Shown here piece after piece: positions 51,282 through 60,667 of a stretch of DNA of 64,000 nucleotides. The translations under genes and the position numbers were made by a program. Within the stretch, counting starts at the first letter, position 1. Each line of letters begins with the position of its first letter. The notes below the pieces were generated by a model, which saw nothing but the letters and a program-made list of their open reading frames with translations, had not been told where the DNA came from and did no database searches. This DNA comes from a virus, in IMG/VR virus record IMGVR_UViG_3300022539_000516. One strand, written 5' to 3'.

Positions 51282-51755
51282 GTGGAGGTAAAGATGTTGA
51301 AGCAATTTAGAGAAGACGAAGAAAACCCGGAATCTGGTTCTTTTCAAATTTTAAATTCATCAAATAAGGGTAAAAAAATGAAAGACTATACTGAAAAATA
51401 TACTAAAAAAATACAACACTATCAAGAATGTAGAAAAATATTACGAGAATGTGAAGAAGCAGTAAAAGAAGAAGCCCGTGCTGAAAAAAAACGTCGTAGA
51501 CTTGAAGCCCGTTTAACTAAAATGGAACATATTGTCGAATTTAAACATAAAAGAACACACAGACATTATGCTGATAATGAAATACAAGAAATCTGGGAAA
51601 GAATGACCTCAGACTGTATTTTAACTCCAAGAGAGTATAAATATTTTTATACCCGAGGATATAAAAAAGATGAGGCAAAAAAGTTAAGTCTTGAAGAAGC
51701 TCTAAATATCAAGAATAAAAAAACAAGCAACCGCCGTACAAAAAGTAATGACTAA
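51282..51755 (+). CDS. hypothetical protein sharing the ~50-aa repeat of the previous ORF
   Basis: YADNEIQEIWERM..LTPREYKYFYTRG..AKKLSLEEAL. Confidence 0.55.
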   Translation: MEVKMLKQFREDEENPESGSFQILNSSNKGKKMKDYTEKYTKKIQHYQECRKILRECEEAVKEEARAEKKRRRLEARLTKMEHIVEFKHKRTHRHYADNEIQEIWERMTSDCILTPREYKYFYTRGYKKDEAKKLSLEEALNIKNKKTSNRRTKSND

Positions 51756-51784
51756 CTGAATATCAAATCTAACTCATACAAAAA

Positions 51785-52789
51785 TTGACCATACTATTAA
51801 TAAATCCCCACAAACGAGTATTCCCTATTGCCCTGCATAGGTTTGAGAAATTTTTTAAGGATAAAGGTCACGAAGTTTTCTGGCATTCTTATTTTGAGAA
51901 AAAAGTAGACCTAATTATTATTTCATGCTTGTGCACATGGCAATGGTACGATGTTGAGAAAAAAATGCAAGAAATAAGATTATTTTATCCAGACGCAAGA
52001 GTTTGGATTGGAGGAATTTATCCTATACTTTTACCAGAACATGCACGGAAACTTCAGAACGAGAATGTAAAAATATGGGAAGGCAATTTTCCTTTTTCAG
52101 TAGATATTCAGGATAAATTAGTACTAGATGGAGTTCAACATGTAAAGGCTTCTATAGGATGCCCAAAGAAATGTGATTTTTGTGATTCATGGAGAGTAGA
52201 ACCAAAATTTATATTAAAGAAAAATTATTCAATAATATCGGAAAGAATATTTATATGGGATTATAATTTTCTTGGACACCCAGAAGCATTAGATATTTTA
52301 AAAAAAACTAATCGGGTAGTTAATATAATACAGGGCGTCGATGCTTCAAAATTAACGAAAGAATTAGCTGATGAAATAGTTAGAACTTATGATAGCTCTT
52401 TCACATTAAAAATGGCATGGGATATCGTTCCGCAAGGTAAATATGTACGAAGGTCTCTAGATTTTATAAATGGAAGAATAGATAGCTTTCGTATTAAAAT
52501 CTTTATGATGTATAATTGGAAAGAAGATTTTGATACAATGATGTTAAAAATGGAAAGATGCAAAGAATGGGAAGTGCTTATTCACCCAGAACCTTATCAC
52601 GAAAGCCGGTCAACAAGATTTTTTACCGGCCTACATTTTGGGTGGACAACAGAACAAATGAGGATTTTTGCAAAAACGTGTAATGATTATAATACAAAAA
52701 TGAGATATAGAAGAAAAGCAACAATTGAGGATGATGCTCCAACAATAGACATAGAAACAACAGAGGAAATCTTTAATGCATGTAATTAG
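51785..52789 (+). CDS. radical SAM protein with B12-binding-like N-terminus
   Basis: ILLINP..PIAL, WIGGIY, ASIGCPKKCDFC, DYNFL. Confidence 0.8.
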   Translation: MTILLINPHKRVFPIALHRFEKFFKDKGHEVFWHSYFEKKVDLIIISCLCTWQWYDVEKKMQEIRLFYPDARVWIGGIYPILLPEHARKLQNENVKIWEGNFPFSVDIQDKLVLDGVQHVKASIGCPKKCDFCDSWRVEPKFILKKNYSIISERIFIWDYNFLGHPEALDILKKTNRVVNIIQGVDASKLTKELADEIVRTYDSSFTLKMAWDIVPQGKYVRRSLDFINGRIDSFRIKIFMMYNWKEDFDTMMLKMERCKEWEVLIHPEPYHESRSTRFFTGLHFGWTTEQMRIFAKTCNDYNTKMRYRRKATIEDDAPTIDIETTEEIFNACN

Positions 52790-53093
52790 AGACATTGAAG
52801 GTGATTTTGGATTACAAGTATTGCTTTTATTGCTAGAAAATAATGATTGGAATGTTCCTAAACTTTGTAGACAGTTAAAACTAAATAATAGGGGTAAATT
52901 ATACTCAATGTTCAAAAGCAGAGGTTCTACAGTAAAAAATCTAAGAAAAGGAAAAGGAGCATCTTCTACTAAAATAGTAAAATACTCATCTAGAGATAGC
53001 GTAATTGAAATGACATTTGTTAGAAAGGAAAATGTTTTGAATGTTGAAGTTAAAATTCTAAAAGGAAAGGCGGAGCAATCATCCTACCATTAA
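52776..53093 (+). CDS. Fis-like HTH protein
   Basis: LENNDWNVPKLCRQLKLNNRGKLYSMF. Confidence 0.55.
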   Translation: MHVIRDIEGDFGLQVLLLLLENNDWNVPKLCRQLKLNNRGKLYSMFKSRGSTVKNLRKGKGASSTKIVKYSSRDSVIEMTFVRKENVLNVEVKILKGKAEQSSYH

Positions 53094-53466
53094 TAGTAAT
53101 TTATCACACCACAACCATGAAACACCACAGGTTGCTCCGCTTTTAAAAAGGAGAAATCATGGAGAAAACCGTAGGAGAAAAAATATCTTCCGTAATAGTT
53201 ATAATAGTTATTGTACTTATCGTTACCTCCATACTTATATTGTTTGTTAGATATTCAATTTTTATTGAACCTTACATAAGAGAAGATTGGAAAATAGTAT
53301 ATACAGACGGAACTGTGGAAGAATTTATAGGTTTAAAACATAAAGAATACGGATTAAAATATTTTATTGTAAGAGATGCTAATGAAAAAGAAATTAAACG
53401 AATACACAATACTGCTATACAAAGTGCTAGTAGAACTAAAAGATATAATTTAAAATGGGAGAAAAA

Positions 53467-53895
53467 ATGACAGTATATAAAGTTTGCAGGAAAACTAAGG
53501 ATAAAAAGTATATAAGTGCGATAACTGAAAAAAAATATCAAATAAGTTACCGTCTCGGAAAAACAATAAAAAGAAAATTAATGCTTCCTCTTGTATTCGA
53601 AACTATTGAAGATGCAAAAATTTTTATCGGTATATATGCAAACCCTAATAATTGTTTTGTCATTCTAAAATGTAACGCATATGGCATACAAAAAATAAAT
53701 TATATAGTTGGATGTTTTGATTGCACTCTATTCCGAAAATTCTGGAATCTATTTGGGAAAGATAAAGTTTTTGTAGAAACTGGTATAACCGGTAAAAAAG
53801 ACAAAGACTACATCAACAAAGAATACATACACACTTATATCGTACCATCAGGAACTTTAGCTGTCAAAGAATTAACACCAATAGAAGAAATATAA
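53467..53895 (+). CDS. YKVV paralog family member 8
   Basis: VYKVC, YRLGK, LVF, ILKC, FW, PSGT, LTP. Confidence 0.85.
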   Translation: MTVYKVCRKTKDKKYISAITEKKYQISYRLGKTIKRKLMLPLVFETIEDAKIFIGIYANPNNCFVILKCNAYGIQKINYIVGCFDCTLFRKFWNLFGKDKVFVETGITGKKDKDYINKEYIHTYIVPSGTLAVKELTPIEEI

Positions 53896-53916
53896 TAATT
53901 TACAAAAGGAGAAAAA

Positions 53917-54330
53917 ATGATAGTATATAAGGTCTGCAAAAAAATTGAAGATGGAAAATACAAAAGCGCCATAGTAACAAAAAAATATGTAATAATCTAC
54001 GAATTGGGAAAAACTATATGTAGAAAATTAATGCTCCCTCTTATATTTAAAACTATTGAAGATGCAGAAAGATTTTCATATCTAGCTTTTACTCGTCGTT
54101 CAACTGACATCGTTATTCTAAAATGCAAAGCATCTGGTTTGGTAAAAATAAACATTCTAGTTGACTTTATGAACGAAGAAAAATTTCGTAATTTCTGGCA
54201 TATTTATAAAAAAATGAAGTATGATAGAACAACCGTATCATTCCGGGAAAATAATCTGTATACATATAACGCTCCGATGGGTACTTTCGGAGCAGAAGAA
54301 CTAACGCCGTTAGAAGAAATATCCTGCTAA
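53917..54330 (+). CDS. YKVV paralog family member 9
   Basis: VYKVC, YELGK, ILKCKA, FW, PMGT, LTP. Confidence 0.85.
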   Translation: MIVYKVCKKIEDGKYKSAIVTKKYVIIYELGKTICRKLMLPLIFKTIEDAERFSYLAFTRRSTDIVILKCKASGLVKINILVDFMNEEKFRNFWHIYKKMKYDRTTVSFRENNLYTYNAPMGTFGAEELTPLEEISC

Positions 54331-54366
54331 ATGGTAGAATATAACAATTTGTGAAAAGGAGAAAAA

Positions 54367-54789
54367 ATGACAGTATATAAAATCTGTAAGAAAATTGGTG
54401 ATGGAAAATATAAAAGTGCTATAGTAACACAAAGATGTGCAATAATTTATGAGTTAGGAAAAACTATACATAGAAAAGTAATGTTTCCTCTTGTGTTTAA
54501 AACTATTGAAGATGCAAGAAAGTTTATGCTTCTAAATCTAGGTAGTCATTCAAGCTATACCATTTTGAGATGCAAAGCATCTGGTTTAATAAAAATAGAT
54601 TTTATAATGGATGCTGTAAATGAAGAAAAGTTTTGTATGTTCTGGAATATTTACAAAAAAATAAACTATGATAGAGAAACAGAACTATTTTGGAAAAATA
54701 ATTTGAATACATATTCACCACCACATGGTACATTTGGAGTAAAAGAACTTACACCATTAAACGAAATACCCTTTAATCAGAAATGGTAG
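54367..54789 (+). CDS. YKVV paralog family member 10
   Basis: VYKIC, YELGK, ILRCKA, FW, PHGT, LTP. Confidence 0.85.
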   Translation: MTVYKICKKIGDGKYKSAIVTQRCAIIYELGKTIHRKVMFPLVFKTIEDARKFMLLNLGSHSSYTILRCKASGLIKIDFIMDAVNEEKFCMFWNIYKKINYDRETELFWKNNLNTYSPPHGTFGVKELTPLNEIPFNQKW

Positions 54790-56432
54790 AATATAACGAC
54801 TCTCAAAAAGAATGTATACGACTAGCAAAAGAAGGTAAAGACCTCAAGATTTACGGCCCGCCTGGAACTGGTAAAACAACAACTCTTTCTGGCATCTTCT
54901 CTGAATTATTAAAGGGAAGAAATATAAACAGAATTGCTGCATTGGCTTTCAATGTACCGGTAGCAGACACAATCGCTCAATTTTCTTCGGATATAACTAA
55001 CATACCTTACGAGATGTTGAGAAAAAAGAAATGGTGTTGTACTTTTCATGCCTTTTGTAAACGACTGCTTCGTTTCTATGGTGTAGATATTAAATATATT
55101 TCACCTTATGAAATGGCAGAACTTTTTGTAAAACAAAAATTTCCAAAATTAAGAGAAGAAGATTTAAAAGTATACAATGAATCAGTTAATTTTATTTTAC
55201 AAAGTTTTGAAATACTCGAAGAAAGATGGAGAAAAATTCCAACCAAACAGGATATATTTAATTATGTATTGTCGTATTCTCAAGAATACTCTATAAACTT
55301 GACCAGACTTTCAGCTATTTTGAAAGACTTAGAAATAGAAGATATTTTTATTTTCAGAGAAAAAAGATTTTCAGAAATCCCTCCACAATTATCATTTTAT
55401 GAATTTATGGTATATCTAGAAAATTTTATATCAGATACACAAGTTGAAGATAATTTTGATATAATCATAGTCGATGAATGTCAAGACTTGTCTCCCATTC
55501 AGTGGAAAATCCTAGATTATTTTAACTGTCAAAAAATACTTATCGGAGACCCAGCACAAAGTATTTATGGTTGGAGAGGAGCAAAACCAAAATATTTTAC
55601 TACAAAGAGTGGAATAGAAAAAACATTAACTCCATCATATAGATATGATACTGCATTTGCTGAAAAAGTAGAAAAGGGTATTCATTCATTAATACCGTCA
55701 TTAAAAAGAAAAATATATGAAGGAATTGGAAATAAAGTAAATATAATATTACAATCGTTTTCTGTAGAACAAATAAATGACGGAGTAATCCTTTCAAGAA
55801 CAAAACGAGGACTTAGTGAATTAGCAGTACAACTGGATGCTCTGTATAAACCGTATGCTATTTCAAAAGATTCTATATTTGGACCAACAACAAAAGAAGT
55901 GCCTATGGCAAATAGGTTAAAAAAAGTATTATGTTTTATAGAAGCAGAAGACAGCGTAGAAAAATTCGCCGAAAACATTTCAGCTGGAAATCATATAAGA
56001 AAAAAGGAATTTAAGGGATTACTAACCAGAGAAAAAATTTTGTACTTAACAAAAAACAATCTTAATCTTATGAAACTTTTTGATGCAACTTGTAAATTAT
56101 CTATAAACGACAAAATAAAAGTTTTCAAAAATCAGAAATTGGATAAAACAGTCAAACGCCAAGCAAGATTACTTGTTGTACCAGAATCAAGAATTAAGGA
56201 ATATCTAGAAGACTTAGAAAATCCCCCAATATTGTTATCTACAATCCATAAATTTAAAGGACTAGAATCAGATAAACTGTTTATACATAAATTTCGTCCT
56301 CTTACAAGAGCAGGAGTAGATTTGGATGAAGAATATAGATTAGCTTATGTTGCCCTAACCAGAGCATCTGGAAATCTTACAATAGATTATACTGATAATG
56401 AACTTGGAGTATTCTTTTCCGGTGCAAAATAA
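54783..56432 (+). CDS. superfamily 1 helicase (UvrD/Rep-like)
   Basis: GPPGTGKTT, TFHAF, IIVDECQD, GDPAQSIY, STIHKFKGLE, YVALTRA. Confidence 0.93.
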   Translation: MVEYNDSQKECIRLAKEGKDLKIYGPPGTGKTTTLSGIFSELLKGRNINRIAALAFNVPVADTIAQFSSDITNIPYEMLRKKKWCCTFHAFCKRLLRFYGVDIKYISPYEMAELFVKQKFPKLREEDLKVYNESVNFILQSFEILEERWRKIPTKQDIFNYVLSYSQEYSINLTRLSAILKDLEIEDIFIFREKRFSEIPPQLSFYEFMVYLENFISDTQVEDNFDIIIVDECQDLSPIQWKILDYFNCQKILIGDPAQSIYGWRGAKPKYFTTKSGIEKTLTPSYRYDTAFAEKVEKGIHSLIPSLKRKIYEGIGNKVNIILQSFSVEQINDGVILSRTKRGLSELAVQLDALYKPYAISKDSIFGPTTKEVPMANRLKKVLCFIEAEDSVEKFAENISAGNHIRKKEFKGLLTREKILYLTKNNLNLMKLFDATCKLSINDKIKVFKNQKLDKTVKRQARLLVVPESRIKEYLEDLENPPILLSTIHKFKGLESDKLFIHKFRPLTRAGVDLDEEYRLAYVALTRASGNLTIDYTDNELGVFFSGAK

Positions 56433-57109
56433 TTACTGAAAGGAGGAAAATAAAATGATTTTATAATAAATTACTAGACGAATAAGAATATCAACCTTAA
56501 ATCAAAGGAGGATAAAAACATGGAAGAAAAAGAAGAAAATGTCGCTCCAGAATTTATTATGGTAATAGATTTCAAAGACGATGGAAGTCGAGCACTGTCA
56601 ATACATCTTCCTACTTCTCCGAAACTTATTCCAGAAATAGTGTATTATCTCGAAATGTTAAAAACACAATTCATCATGCCCGATGTTATTAAGAATCTGC
56701 AAACAATGCAACTTAAACCGAAAATTATGACCGCAAGCGAAATGAAAAAACGTTATCCCGGTATTAATAAAATAAAAATCAATTAAAAGGAGAATCTGAA
56801 ATGAAAGACAGAATTGTTTCAAACGAAGAAATAAGAAGACCAATACTACGAGTATATATACAAAAAGCTATGTTAGCCGGTATTGCAAGTCAAAAAGTCA
56901 CAGAAAATGGTGTATCTGTTACAAACAAAGAAGCTCTGGAAGCAATCCTTGTTGAAACAACAAATGAACTTAACGAAATGCTAACTTCTCTTGAAAAAAT
57001 TGTACTTCCGGAAAAAGAAGAGGTTGAACCAGAACAGCCTCCCGTAGAAGAAGCTGAAGAAAAGAAACCAGTAGAGGAGTCTAAATAATAGAATAAGAAA
57101 TATTATAAA

Positions 57110-58717
57110 ATGACAATAGATGATTTCAGAGACATTTTTGTACCCGAAAATGCCTCATGGACTTATTTTATACCAAAAGCTCCTTCCTCTCCAGAGGGTA
57201 GGTACAGTATAGAGCCTCATGTTTCAGGGGAAGTGACAAACGAAATAATCCAAAATCATCTTGATGGAAAAGAAGGAATTGTTCTTTCCCCGTTTTGCTC
57301 AGAATCGGAAGTAAAGTGGGCAGCATTGGATATTGACGATGGTTCTTTAGAAACAGTAAATAAAATATATGATGAATTACGGAAAAGAAATATAACACCG
57401 GATATATTTAGAAGTAAATCGAAAGGATATCATGTATACATAATATTAGATGACATAATAAAGGCTGAATTTATAAGAATATTTCTCAGAGATGTCCTTA
57501 GAAATGCTAAAGTATCCTGCGAAATCTTTCCAAAACAAAACACAATAACCGAAAGGGGAGGCTCAAAAATCCACCTTCCCTTCTTCGGTGAAATAAGAAA
57601 ATATGTAGATATAGACGGAGAAGATTTAGGCTATCTTAAAACCAAAAATACCGCAAAAGAAATAGTAGTAAGCGAAGATGTATTAAAAAAAGAAAAAGAG
57701 ACAGAAAAAAAAATCCCTGGAGGAGAGTGGTTTCCATGTTGTGCTACAGTTTATGAAGATGGAGTAAACAAAGGACAAAGAGATGAATGGGCAATCGAAT
57801 TAGCAACCATAATGCGTCATACTGGAACTCCAGATGCTAAATTATCTATAGACTTAATCAGTTGGAATAAAAAGAATAAACCTCCACTAACGGATATTCA
57901 ATTAAACAAATGTCTGGAACAAAGTAAAAAATATGATGGAAGAAATTATCCGAAGTGTGAAGAACCCGCAATAAAGACATTCTGCAAAGAAGACTGTCCA
58001 AGACTGAAAGATAAAGGAGAAAAATTTTCTGTCCAAGTAAGTAAGTTTCCTAACATATGGAAATTTTCTGATAAAGCAGGATATTTTTTATTAGAAGATG
58101 GAAAATACAAACAGCGAACTAACTATATAATAAATATATTAAAAACCGTATCTGATGTAAAAGGCGCATTGGGTATAAAAGATATATCAATGATTATTCA
58201 TGCTGAAGGTATAGAAATTAAAATAACTGTGCCTTTTTCAATAACTTGGAAAGAATTTCGTGCAGAATGTGCTTTGCAAAATGTGGCACTGACAACAATA
58301 CCATTTATTGGAAAAAGCGATAGCAAATCGTTTGAACATTTATTAGTACACGAAGTAGCAAAAATCCCTAAACAACTAAGGGAATATGTTGATTTAGAAG
58401 AAATGAGACTAGATGGCATATTAAACGAAATAATGACATATGTTACGCAGTATACAATCATCAATTTAGATGAATTAGAAGAGGAAGAAGAAGTATTAAG
58501 AGTGTCTTGTAAAATTGGTTGGAAGAAAAAAAACAAAGTTTATCTAAAACTAGCAGCATTTTGTGATAAAGCAAGACTCCCTCTTGAAAAAACATTAAGT
58601 ACCCTTAAAAAGTACCCCAAAATAGCAAAACCAAGCTCTGCAAGACCACCCTATGATAAATCGAAAACCGAAAGAGTCTGGATTATAAACATAGAGGGAT
58701 TAGAGGAAGAAAAATAA
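57110..58717 (+). CDS. archaeo-eukaryotic primase-polymerase with PriCT-like domain
   Basis: WAALDID, RSKSKGYHVYI, EIFPKQ, IHLPF; GQRDEW..WNKKNKPPL. Confidence 0.85.
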   Translation: MTIDDFRDIFVPENASWTYFIPKAPSSPEGRYSIEPHVSGEVTNEIIQNHLDGKEGIVLSPFCSESEVKWAALDIDDGSLETVNKIYDELRKRNITPDIFRSKSKGYHVYIILDDIIKAEFIRIFLRDVLRNAKVSCEIFPKQNTITERGGSKIHLPFFGEIRKYVDIDGEDLGYLKTKNTAKEIVVSEDVLKKEKETEKKIPGGEWFPCCATVYEDGVNKGQRDEWAIELATIMRHTGTPDAKLSIDLISWNKKNKPPLTDIQLNKCLEQSKKYDGRNYPKCEEPAIKTFCKEDCPRLKDKGEKFSVQVSKFPNIWKFSDKAGYFLLEDGKYKQRTNYIINILKTVSDVKGALGIKDISMIIHAEGIEIKITVPFSITWKEFRAECALQNVALTTIPFIGKSDSKSFEHLLVHEVAKIPKQLREYVDLEEMRLDGILNEIMTYVTQYTIINLDELEEEEEVLRVSCKIGWKKKNKVYLKLAAFCDKARLPLEKTLSTLKKYPKIAKPSSARPPYDKSKTERVWIINIEGLEEEK

Positions 58718-59196
58718 TGAGGCTAAGTTTGTGTTACCCAAAGAGTTACGGCGATGTCGTCTCTAAAACGAATGTATCCCTATATACTGTATTTTCAGAG
58801 AAAAGTTTTTCGATTTCGTTGTCGGGAATCGAAAATGGTCTGTATACACGCATACAAAAATCTAAGTATATATATACCTTTGGTTTATCTGATTTATTTG
58901 TATACGTTCTGTTTGTATACAACGTATACTTTTGGCTTTTATTTAACCAAGTGGTTGTGGTTCAGTTAGTTAGGTCTGTATACATTTGTAAGTGTTTGTT
59001 ATATATTCAGTTACAGGCACCGGTATCCGTAAGTCATTATTTTATATATAATTAACATTGATTAGTAATAGGGCGTAACGGCCACGATTTTTTCCGTGTA
59101 TATTCCGGACACCTTTTAAATTATTTTCTATGAAAAATACACCTACAAGGTATGCTAACAAAGAGATTTCGGCTAAAGAGTGAGAGCATTTAATGA
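58718..59196. other. T-rich non-coding region after the primase, candidate replication origin
   Basis: strand bias flips to T-rich; five GTATAC (58842, 58900, 58915, 58924, 58978) and a GTATATATATAC palindrome. Confidence 0.4.
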
Positions 59197-59542
59197 ATGG
59201 AGGAGAAAATGTTTGCTAAATCGGAGTATCAACAGCTAAACGAAAAGCTGGATAAAATTATAAAACTTTTGGAAGTACCAACACAAGGGCTAGAGAAGCA
59301 TAAAGAGATGTGGGAAGAGCTAGAGAAAACTTTTAGAAAAGGAATGGTTTTGAACGACTGGCTTAAATCCCAAGGGTATACGGTAATGAAAAGAATAGAA
59401 CGAGATATACCACCAACAAGGAAGTTATATGAATATAAGACCTTGTGGGAAAATTTATTAATATATTGTAAAAATAGAATGTATACATACTCTTTTGTTG
59501 TCGTTATGATGAACAAGATAGAAGCTAAAAAGGAGAATAAAG

Positions 59543-59722
59543 ATGACTGAAAAGATTTGTCCATTCATGTCAGGAATTGGTAGCGAAGGTTTATTGTTTA
59601 TAAACCCGGCAATTAAAGTAGTTTATTGTAAGAGAAGAGAATGTGAGATATGGGATGCTTTTAATTCTCGTTGTAGTTTGAAACTGTTGCACAAGACTGA
59701 AAAGGAGGATAAAGATGACTGA
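59543..59722 (+). CDS. small Cys-rich protein (CP..C..C.W..C)
   Basis: MTEKICPFMS..YCKRRECEIW..RC; not in ORF track; paralogous to the N-terminus of 59715..60149. Confidence 0.7.
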   Translation: MTEKICPFMSGIGSEGLLFINPAIKVVYCKRRECEIWDAFNSRCSLKLLHKTEKEDKDD

Positions 59723-60149
59723 GAGAATCTGTCCATTTATGTCCAGTTTTTGTACTATCACAACACCGCTTTTATTTAGTAGATATGATACGCATTTTAA
59801 AAATTATTATTGTCTGCAATCTGAGGAATGTCAAGCATGGTCAAAAGAACTTCAGGATTGTAAACTTTTCAAAGACGATGGGTTGAAGGATTCGGATAAA
59901 GAGCATATTAAAGACCACGCCGACCTCTGTGCTGGAATGGCTCAACTATGGGAGGCAATAGCTCTTTTAGAATGGAATAAATCAGATATACACAAGAAGA
60001 TGTGGGAGAAGGCCAAGATAGCTATAGCGAGATATGTTAAGGAGCACTGGAATAAGGAATCGGACAATTACTATTTAGGAATGAAACTCGCGCAAGAAAA
60101 AATGGACAAGATAGAATCCGAGATAAAGAATGAAAAAAGACGCAACTGA
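59715..60149 (+). CDS. Cys-rich hypothetical protein
   Basis: MTERICPFMS..YCLQSEECQAW..DC. Confidence 0.7.
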   Translation: MTERICPFMSSFCTITTPLLFSRYDTHFKNYYCLQSEECQAWSKELQDCKLFKDDGLKDSDKEHIKDHADLCAGMAQLWEAIALLEWNKSDIHKKMWEKAKIAIARYVKEHWNKESDNYYLGMKLAQEKMDKIESEIKNEKRRN

Positions 60150-60385
60150 AGCAATTCTAACAAACCATCGCAAAGAGTATATGGAGCAACAAATGTCTCA
60201 TTATGTATACAGAGCAAGAGGTTCAAGTCATAGATTACATAGATGCTGTGTTTGGTGGAGTACAAGAGGTAAGAAAGGTAACGTATTAGCCTATTGTTTT
60301 GATTGTGAAGAAAGATTTATTGCTGTAGGAAGGGCGTTTAGGAAGTTAAGTAATCTTTTTGAGAAAAAAAGAGAAGGAGATTGAA

Positions 60386-60667
60386 ATGCGTAAAGGAATG
60401 AAACAAGCCAAAGGTCTGATGGGACAAGGTGGAGATCGTTTTCTTAATCAGTTGCGTCAATTTGCGGAAGATGCCGTATGTAAACATTTTGATTGGCCTA
60501 CCGACTTATTACATGCAATGGTTTTGATTGGTGAAGAAGTAGGTGAAGCTCAGCAAGCAGCATTTAATATGCAATACAATGACGGTGATGTACTTGCCGT
60601 AAAGAGAGAGTTGTATCATGTTGCCGCTGCTGCTATGCTTTGTATTGTAAATATGGAGGAAGGGTGA
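60386..60667 (+). CDS. MazG-like NTP pyrophosphohydrolase
   Basis: LIGEEVGEA..KRELYHVAAAA. Confidence 0.7.
   Translation: MRKGMKQAKGLMGQGGDRFLNQLRQFAEDAVCKHFDWPTDLLHAMVLIGEEVGEAQQAAFNMQYNDGDVLAVKRELYHVAAAAMLCIVNMEEG

Noticed and set aside
58717-59055. + strand ORFs 58717..59055 and 58754..58969
   Set aside because: Composition (Val/Tyr/Phe-rich, T-rich DNA) is unlike real genes here and there is no convincing RBS; treated as non-coding.
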